NCBI GenBank assembly: GCA_016220095.1
Contig: JACRIJ010000102.1
Coordinates: forward strand, 233-64,232
Reading direction: 5' to 3'
Length of the DNA: 64,000 nucleotides
DNA from: Planctomycetota bacterium
GTDB taxonomy: Bacteria > Planctomycetota > MHYJ01 > JACQXL01 > JACRIJ01
The position numbers and the translations under genes were made by a program. Below, in pieces: positions 55,718-63,000 of the stretch. Every line of letters begins with the position of its first letter. Position 1 is the first letter of the stretch. The notes below the pieces were generated by a model. The model was not told where the DNA came from and did no database searches. It saw nothing but the letters and a program-made list of their open reading frames with translations.

Positions 55718-55773
55718 TGTAAGGGATCCTGCACAGGGAGTGATAAAAATTGCCGTCGTTTTGGTTGCGGCTT
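55707..55773. repeat. 66/67-nt dispersed repeat, copy 2, starting in the last codons of cusA
   Basis: ataacatttaatgtaagggatcctgcacagggagtgataaaaattgccgtcgttttggttgcggctt. It is followed by the hairpin ccctgtaccaa-agcgaagcgc-ttggtacaggg. Confidence 0.9.
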
Positions 55774-55934
55774 AGCCCTGTACCAAAGCGAAGCGCTTGG
55801 TACAGGGTGTGTTACTTTATAGTCCATGTTTCATTCTTCATTTTGCCTTCTTCCTCCTCGCGTCATGCATGTCCGATTTGTTTTGACATATTTCCGAGGA
55901 TTCTTATAATCAGGGTTTATTTTAAAGGACATTT

Positions 55935-57182
55935 ATGAACGACAAAATGAAGCATACTTTATGGATGCTGTTTGCGCTCGGCTTGGCCGTGCAATTTTCC
56001 GCCATCAGAATATTCCATCTGGATCTCGGACCTGGATGGGCCGCGTTATGGCCCGGCTTGGCGGTATTCGGCGCGGCATTCTTGTTGTCCTGGGCCGCGG
56101 AACTTGCACAGCTTGAAATACCGCAGACGCTCGCCATAGCTTTCCTCGCGCTCATAGCAGTAGTGCCGGAATATGCCGTGGATGTGCTTTTGGCATGGAA
56201 GGCTGGCACTGACCCCTCGTACCTGCCGAGGGCCGCGGCAAATATGACGGGTTCCAACCGGCTCCTTATCGGGGTTGGCTGGCCTATAATACTCTTCGCC
56301 TACTGGTGGAAAACCCGCAAAACGGCAATTGAACTGCCCAGTGAACACGGATTGGAAATAAAAGTCCTTCTCATTGCAACCGTCTACTCGTTCATTTTTG
56401 CGATAAAACAGTCTTTTACCATAATTGACACTTTCATTTTGCTGGGTATTTTTATATATTACATGGTATGCGCGGCTAAAATGAAACATGAGGAACCGGA
56501 ACTTGAAGGCCCTGCAAAAATGCTCGCGGTCGTATCAAGACCGTGCAGGATACTAATCACGATAGGATTATTTATCCTGGCGGGCTTTGTAATTTTCAAC
56601 GCGGCGGAACCTTTTGTTGAAGGCCTTATTCATACGGGCAAGGTATGGGGAATAAGCGATTTCCTGCTCATACAATGGCTTGCCCCGCTTGCATCGGAAT
56701 CGCCGGAATTCATCGTAGCAATCATTTTCGCACTCAGGGCAAACCCGGTATCCAGCCTGGGCACGCTGATATCATCCAAAATCAACCAATGGACTTTGCT
56801 GATAGCCACCCTACCGATGGCGTACGGAATCTCAACCTTTGTCGCGTATGGAAGCTTTAAAGGAATGGCCCTGGACCATCAGCAGGTGCAGGAGGTGTTC
56901 CTGACTTCGGCGCAATCGTTCTTCGCGCTGGTACTGCTGGCAAATTTCAGGTTTGCCATGGTAGAAGCGCTCGCGTTAATTGTCCTGTTCAGCGGACAAC
57001 TGATATGGCAGATAGCGCATACAAGCGACATACACGCGGGCGGCACGCATCCGGAATACGACAAGGTCAGGATGGGATTCGCGTTCGCGTATGTGGTATT
57101 CGGGCTGGCAGTAATAATGTTCCACAAGGGCCGCAGGTGCGCGGTAAAAAAAATGCTGTTCAGGAAACACGCAAACACATGA
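55935..57182 (+). CDS. polytopic membrane protein, cation/Ca2+ exchanger (CaCA)-like
   Basis: 415-aa ORF with ~11 TM helices. Two alpha-repeat-like segments (AVVPEYAVDV and ASESPEFIVAI) recall the GxSxPE motifs of Na+/Ca2+ exchanger family proteins. The assignment is tentative. Confidence 0.5.
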   Translation: MNDKMKHTLWMLFALGLAVQFSAIRIFHLDLGPGWAALWPGLAVFGAAFLLSWAAELAQLEIPQTLAIAFLALIAVVPEYAVDVLLAWKAGTDPSYLPRAAANMTGSNRLLIGVGWPIILFAYWWKTRKTAIELPSEHGLEIKVLLIATVYSFIFAIKQSFTIIDTFILLGIFIYYMVCAAKMKHEEPELEGPAKMLAVVSRPCRILITIGLFILAGFVIFNAAEPFVEGLIHTGKVWGISDFLLIQWLAPLASESPEFIVAIIFALRANPVSSLGTLISSKINQWTLLIATLPMAYGISTFVAYGSFKGMALDHQQVQEVFLTSAQSFFALVLLANFRFAMVEALALIVLFSGQLIWQIAHTSDIHAGGTHPEYDKVRMGFAFAYVVFGLAVIMFHKGRRCAVKKMLFRKHANT

Positions 57183-57337
57183 ATTTATGAATCTTGTTGA
57201 TTTTTCGATTACGCGATCGTACGTCAATCATTAAATCTTATCGGTACTTCATTATTTTAAAGAAATATGTGGCATTTCCCACGACAAATGAAAACTTAGC
57301 AGTTAAAGTCAGTACTCATATGGAATGTAAAACTGGT

Positions 57338-57493
57338 CTACATCGCGAATGGGAATGCATTTAACCCTTTTATCCATTTCGTCAATTCATTTGATATTTT
57401 ACCAAAAGTTTTATGTTCTTCAATAAAATAGACTATCGGGGCAGTGTCAAGCATTATTCTTTTATGATTTTTTATTGCATTTCCTATTCCCAT
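57338..57493 (-). pseudogene. truncated PIN-domain (VapC-like) toxin remnant
   Basis: The minus strand encodes MGIGNAIKNHKRIMLDTAPIVYFIEEHKTFGKISNELTKWIKGLNAFPFAM*. The MLDT.P.VYF start is PIN-like, but the frame stops after 51 aa. PIN-like fragments (e.g. LTYDRVIEK) continue in other frames down to ~57190. Confidence 0.45.
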
Positions 57494-57714
57494 ACGGCTC
57501 TTTCCTTATCAACGTATTCCTGGGCATCAATACCGTTCCAGACTTCCTTTCCAACTCCCTTTAAGGCATAGATATTAAGTTTCTTATCCGTCTCAACAAT
57601 CGTATAAATTTCGGATATAAGTTTATGAAGAAGAAGCATTTTTTCGTTTTGTGGAAGTTGTGAAATTTTCCTGTAAATTGTCTCGGTAATTGCATTAGTC
57701 CTAACAATATCTCC
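57484..57714 (-). pseudogene. antitoxin-like ORF lacking a canonical start codon at its 5' end
   Basis: The open frame reads ..TNAITETIYRKISQLPQNEKMLLLHKLISEIYTIVETDKKLNIYALKGVGKEVWNGIDAQEYVDKERAVWE*. It overlaps the PIN remnant by 10 nt. An AAGGAG lies just upstream, but the first in-frame ATG is at 57639. The NEKMLLLHKL helix parallels SEEIMLLNKL of the 35472 antitoxin. Confidence 0.4.
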
Positions 57715-57893
57715 TTAACATAAAACAATCATGTACTCTTGTTATTATAGCATGTATCAACATGGAAATCAATTGTTTTATTCGTACCACTGGCCGCAAC
57801 CAGCGATTACAACGAACCGCAAATGCCATCTGTGTCTGCCGCCCGTCCCACATCCCACATCACACATCCCATATCTCATATCGCATATCCCGC

Positions 57894-59216
57894 CTACTTT
57901 TTCTTTTTCGGATCTGCCGCGGCCACATTTGCCTTGAACACTTCAATGAATTCCGATGTAACGCTTTCCCATTCCTTACCGAAAATCATCTGAAGTATCT
58001 GATTTATAACCAGCGAAGGGTCGTCAAGATTCACGTAAGTGCCGCCGCCCGCGGTTGCTATCCTGGAAAAGACCCCTTGCACAACCGCCCTCTCATTCTG
58101 GGAAAAAGTCTGGATTGTGCTTGTGATAACCTCTTTAAGCTGAACTGGTTTTTTCTCTTTTTCGCCGGTGGCAACTTTTTTCTTGGGATTTTTTCTATCC
58201 TGCGGAGGAGGCGGAGGCGGTACTAACGTTCCTTTATAAGCGTCCTCGGCATTCTTTACCGTCCTGTCAACGTCGCCCGTATGCGGCGGCGCGTCTCCCA
58301 TTATGACGATTAATTTCCATGTCTCTTCGCGCCACTCAAGCAAGGGGTCAAAAAGCGCCGTCTCGTATGCCTTATCCACCCCCTCTTCCCAGTCGCCGCC
58401 GCCCGTGGCGCCAAGCTGTTTATTCACGGCCTCCTGTATGACTTTCAAATCCGAATTGAACGGCAAAGCCACCCAGGAAGCGTCATTGTAACAGACAAAT
58501 CCTATTTTGGAAGAAGGGGATATTGAAATAATGATATTTACCAGGAATGAAACCTGTTCCTGCACCGCGGCGACGCACGGCCCCATACTACCGGTTATAT
58601 CCACACACAACACGAGGTCAAGCCCGTTCTTATTCAATTTTTCAAGGCGCGCGACAGTAGTCCCGCCCCTGATACCGCCGCTCTCAACACCGCCATTGGC
58701 AGGGTCTTCGGCAGCCTGTCCCTTGGCCACCATTTTATAAACTGTCGCATGGTCAGGCAGGGAGGCCTTATTCTTAGTAAACCAATCCTCCCATTTTTTC
58801 TTTTTGCCCCCGAGTTTTTTTGCGCCTGTAAGCAATTCAAGCGCTTCGGAGGCCTTATCGGACAAAAATGGCTGTTTCCTGTCGTCCAGAAAAGTTATAA
58901 GCGCTTCAACAACCTGCGCACTTTTTATCTTATCCACGCCTGCAGAATCTAATTTTAACACGGATGCCACTGCGTATATCCTGAGATTCTCATTAGTGCT
59001 CTTAATGGAATCCAGAAGAGCCGCTTCATAAATATCATACGACTTCTGATTGCGCAATTCCATCATGGCAAAAACCTTGATGACCCAGTTGCTGTTCGTT
59101 AAATACGCAGTAACAAGCTGGTCGGTTTTTTCGTCGGCATGAACGCTCGATAATTGGCCGAAAATTGCCGCCCATAAAAAAACAATGCATACTGTTACCA
59201 TGTGTTTTTTAGCCAT
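57894..59216 (-). CDS. secreted HEAT-repeat protein fused to a von Willebrand factor A (vWA) domain
   Basis: 440-aa ORF with a signal peptide (VTVCIVFLWAAIFGQLSSVHA). HEAT-like N-terminal repeats include NENLRIYAVASVLKLD and VVEALITFLDD. The vWA domain has the MIDAS-type motif LVLCVDITGSMGP and later IVIMGDAPPH. A PPPPPQ linker and a C-terminal helical region follow. Confidence 0.8.
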   Translation of the reverse strand: MAKKHMVTVCIVFLWAAIFGQLSSVHADEKTDQLVTAYLTNSNWVIKVFAMMELRNQKSYDIYEAALLDSIKSTNENLRIYAVASVLKLDSAGVDKIKSAQVVEALITFLDDRKQPFLSDKASEALELLTGAKKLGGKKKKWEDWFTKNKASLPDHATVYKMVAKGQAAEDPANGGVESGGIRGGTTVARLEKLNKNGLDLVLCVDITGSMGPCVAAVQEQVSFLVNIIISISPSSKIGFVCYNDASWVALPFNSDLKVIQEAVNKQLGATGGGDWEEGVDKAYETALFDPLLEWREETWKLIVIMGDAPPHTGDVDRTVKNAEDAYKGTLVPPPPPPQDRKNPKKKVATGEKEKKPVQLKEVITSTIQTFSQNERAVVQGVFSRIATAGGGTYVNLDDPSLVINQILQMIFGKEWESVTSEFIEVFKANVAAADPKKKK

Positions 59217-59331
59217 AAAATTACTCCCCCAAAATACGAAATAAAAGTTCTGAACTTAACACCAGACCTGCAGTATAACACTACAACTTTAACTGAAATG
59301 TTTCAAGTTTAATTTATTATAAAAGGTAAGA

Positions 59332-59458
59332 CCTCAGTGAAGGCGGGTTTTCAAGTTCCCACGCGGTATTTTGTAGGGACAGAATAATATTCTGTCCTTA
59401 CCGTAATCATTGGGCATTTTGATGTTTATGTTGTTTTCTCAACCCACCTTCACTGAGG
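59332..59458 (-). repeat. inverted-repeat element A (18-nt stems enclosing 91 nt), candidate structured RNA or recombination/processing site
   Basis: cctcagtgaaggcgggtt (59332-59349) pairs with aacccaccttcactgagg (59441-59458), 17/18 complementary. The one mismatch is a G-U pair only on the minus-strand transcript. The interior holds the palindrome ggacagaat-aat-attctgtcc. The element is preceded and followed by the motif tataaaaggta. Confidence 0.8.
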
Positions 59459-59478
59459 CCGTACTATAAAAGGTACCG

Positions 59479-59627
59479 CCTCAGTCGAGGTGGGTTTTTG
59501 CTGGTTTTTCGATAACGCTGAACACGGACGATACACCCCTGGTTCCCCTCTTTTTAGAGGGGACATATACGAATTTCCCCTCTATTAAGAGGGGGTAGGG
59601 GTGTGTTAAGCGTAACCTCGACTGAGG
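59479..59627 (-). repeat. inverted-repeat element B (13-nt stems enclosing ~123 nt with an internal 8-bp stem and two cccctc/gagggg hairpins)
   Basis: cctcagtcgaggt (59479-59491) pairs with acctcgactgagg (59615-59627). Internally, acacccct pairs with aggggtgt around the hairpins cccctc-ttttta-gagggg and cccctc-tattaa-gagggg. Confidence 0.8.
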
Positions 59628-59693
59628 CCTTACTATAAAAGGTAAGTCATCAGATGTGAGAATGGGTATTACGAAATAAGTGCAAAACATCAA

Positions 59694-59918
59694 CTACCGT
59701 ATGCCGCTGTCCATCCAACCTACAAGGCGGTTGTTATGAAAAAAATAACTCTCTTTGCCCGCTGTGCCCGCGCTGACATATTCCCACCTTTCTACCGTAC
59801 CGGCAAAACTGCCACTTTTCTTTACCTCCTTCGCCGCAGGCTTCCCGCGCAAAGCAAGTATATCGTCCGGACTAAAAGGCGGACATGCGAGTTTTTTAGT
59901 TTTTTCTTTTAGCATCAC
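59694..59918 (-). CDS. small hypothetical protein (74 aa), possibly SmpA/OmlA (BamE)-like fold
   Basis: The ORF lies directly downstream of the giant gene. The pattern SPDDILALRGKP....W.Y......FFHNNRLVGW resembles BamE-like small proteins, but no signal peptide is evident. Confidence 0.4.
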   Translation of the reverse strand: MMLKEKTKKLACPPFSPDDILALRGKPAAKEVKKSGSFAGTVERWEYVSAGTAGKESYFFHNNRLVGWMDSGIR

Positions 59919-60031
59919 AATTGAACCTTACAAAAATTACAATAAATACATAACTCTAAACAAACCATAAACTCAAAATACAAATTTCCAAACCCGTCGT
60001 GCGTCGTGTTTTGAAATTTAGAGTTTCGTAT

Positions 60032-63000
60032 TTAGTATTTGTTTAGAGTTTCGGATTTCGAATTTAGAGTTTTCAATAGCATTCCTATAAGAATAACTGT
60101 TGCTAACATAGTATATATATAGTTTGCGTTGGAATTGCCTGTCTTTGTTATAAAGCATCCGCCGCCGCCTTTGCCGCCCCCTCCGCTCTCTACCGCGCCC
60201 GCGCCTCCGGATAACGTTGGATCTCCTATTACTGCTTCTTCCCCTGTCAACGGCACCCCCGATACCTGCAGTATCTTTCCGGAATCCCTGCCTCTGACCG
60301 TTATGTCTATGTTCGTGTCAACCGCCACCCAGAATGTGTCCCCGTCTTTAGCATTGCCTGAAAAATTGTACACCAATATCCAATCCGTGCTCCCGCTCGC
60401 CGCTATAGTTTCTAACGGCGTATTGAACGTTATCACGCCATTGTCTTCCGAATAATGGTAATTGTACAGACCTACCGCCTCTTCTCCATAATCGTACGCG
60501 CCATTCTTGTTGACGTCTCTTATCATCTTCACGCCACCCGGTAATATCGCACTCTTCTCGTTGCCCGTACCCCCGCTGTGTACGTATACCTTCTCTATCT
60601 CAAGGGCCTCTACACTGCTTGCCTCTAAATTCATGCTCAACATCGCTACATTGCCCTGATTGTTCAATACGGTCTTTTTCAATTTGTCCTTATTTGCTCC
60701 TAATACCGTAAGAGTGCCTACACTGCTTATCACCTTGGCCTTGCCTTGTATCGGAAATTCGCCCGTAACCACTATCGGCTGATGCGTGGCTTCGTCCGTG
60801 CCCGTTATGTCGTACTTCGTACTTACCTCGGCGCCGAATGTGCTCCCGTCAAACGCGTTGCCATTCATATTGTACACTACTATAAGATTTATATCTGAAT
60901 TTGCCGGCAACATGTATTCCAACCCGTCAAATTCCACGTTTCCATTGTCCGCGTTATAATTTTCACCTCCTGCTAATTCGCTATCCGGCCCACCAATCTT
61001 TCCGTTTTCGTCAGCATCTATATATAACCTGATTCCATTGTCTTCTAAATCCGCGGCTTCATTGCCGTATCCCGTACCGGTTATCTTCAGGGAATTCATG
61101 TTTATATCTACTGAACTCGTAGTCAGATTCAATTGCAGCATTACGATTCCTTTACCACTGCGGCTCTCGGTCGTAGACATGGGATTACGCTCACCTTCGG
61201 ATACGGTTATTACGCCCGGCACGACTTTTACGTCCTGCTGTGCATCTATCCAGCTATTGTCAGGGCTCTCATATACCGTTACGGTAGAAACACCAAACTG
61301 CGCATCCGTATAATAGAACGACAACCGGCTCGTATTAGCCTGCATAACTATAATATTCACCATCCACGGACCGTCCTGCTTAACGGCGAATTTGCCGTCC
61401 GGCGAACTGCTCGCCAACATCAGCATCGTGCTTGCCGTAAGTACGGATTCGTTTTGATACGCGTCCTGCGACATTACGGTCATCGTGTCAGTAACCGTGC
61501 CTACGCCTATTGCCTGCTCCTGCGAAATGAATTTCAATTGCGCCACGGGCCCCGGGACGATCGTCACGAACTGTGTAATATCTGTCCAGCCCTTGTCAGG
61601 CGCCTCCGCAAAGCTCATTGTATATTGACCAGTCTTTGTATCGGAATAGTAAAAACTTATAGAATCGTTTCCTGCAGGTATTGTAATCGCAGTCATATTG
61701 AACGGCCCCGCGGTTGTCTCTGCAAAACCGCCTGCTATAGAGGTCGTTGTTACTGAAATAGACGTATTTTCTGGGACTGCGAGCGCAAAGCCCTTCTTAT
61801 GCCGGGTCTGCAGAATTATCGCATCCGATACACTGCCTGCGGCTATCTGCTGTTGTGTTGTAGTAACTGCGAGCGTGCTTATTATCCACGGATAGACTGT
61901 TACAGTTTGAGAGGCATCGGTCCAGTTGCGGGACGGGCTTTCACTTACTGCTATCGTCCAACTGCCGATTTCTTCATCATAGTAATAAAAGCTTATGAAA
62001 CTCGTATTAGCCGACATTGTTACGTACGCAGAGTCAAACGGCGCTATATTGTCAGTGCCAAATGAACCGGTTGTTGACGTAGTTGACAGATTAAGCTGAG
62101 TATCTTCTGTAGTATTGGATACGTTATTGAATTCGTCATAGGTCTGGATTGTCATAACGGCTGAGGGCAGGTATTCGCCCATGTTCTGCGCAGACGTTAC
62201 GAATGCCATTTTCGCAACAGGCGCGGGATTGACGATTTCGTCCTGAAAGGCGTCCAGCCAGCCTGCCTCAGGCGCTTCACGCGCCGAGATTGTAACAAGG
62301 CCTGCGAGCGTATCGCTATAGTAGAAATCAGCCGAAGAATTTCCGGCAGTCAGGGTGACCAGAGTGGCAGACCACGGCCCTTCGGAACTCAGGCCGAATG
62401 CGCCTGCCGATGATGTGCTAATGAATTCGATGCTCGTATCAACCTCTGCCGGGCTGGGATTCTCAAACTGGTCTCTTGTCTGTATGGTAATTACATCCGA
62501 GGCAACACCTGCAATAAGAGTTTGCGGGCTGGTAATGAATACTATCTGCGAGCTAACTGCCGGATTGATGGTGATATCCTGGGCGCCGTCCTGCCAATTA
62601 AGACCTGTGATTTCGTGCATAGTAAGCGTATGGGTACCCATCAGGGTATCGCGATAGAAGAAGGTGGTATTATTGGTGCCGGTGTAAACTATAATGCTCG
62701 ATAGGTCCCACGGGCCGGCATCGGCCAAACCAAACGTGCCTGCTGACGACGTAGAGCTCAAAGTAACTTCCACGTACTGGGAGGCGTTGGAAATATTGCC
62801 ATAGGCATCGGTAGTCTGGGCAATCATAGCTGATGAAGATTCGCCGGCTATAATTGTTTGCGCGACAGAGGTGAAAGAGACCTTAGCGACAGGGCCTGCG
62901 AGCACGGTTTGCGCCTGGACTGCGTCCGACCAGTTAAGGTTTGGGAATTCAGAGCAGGTGATTTGCGGCGCACCGGCAAGGGTATCCTGATAATAGAACG

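Noticed and set aside
55721-55800. GCACAGGGA within the 66-nt repeat resembles the start of the c-di-GMP-I (GEMM-I) riboswitch core.
   Set aside because: The second half of the GEMM-I core (GACGCAAAGCC..CCGG) and the paired P1/P2 architecture are absent. The match is limited to ~9 nt.
59316-59646. The tandem inverted-repeat units with variable interiors were considered as integron attC sites or ORF-less cassettes.
   Set aside because: The arms lack the RYYYAAC/GTTRRRY core sites, and no intI or attI is nearby. They are kept as an unexplained element rather than called an integron.
59640-59660. A minus-strand CTGATGA followed by a 5-bp hairpin (cttac..gtaag) suggested a hammerhead ribozyme core.
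   Set aside because: No GAAA box follows stem II, and there is no plausible stem I/III with an NUH cleavage site.
59481-59693. Listed 70-aa ORF on the minus strand overlapping element B.
   Set aside because: It runs straight through the hairpin arms and palindromes. It has no RBS and a low-complexity, Arg/Pro-rich translation.
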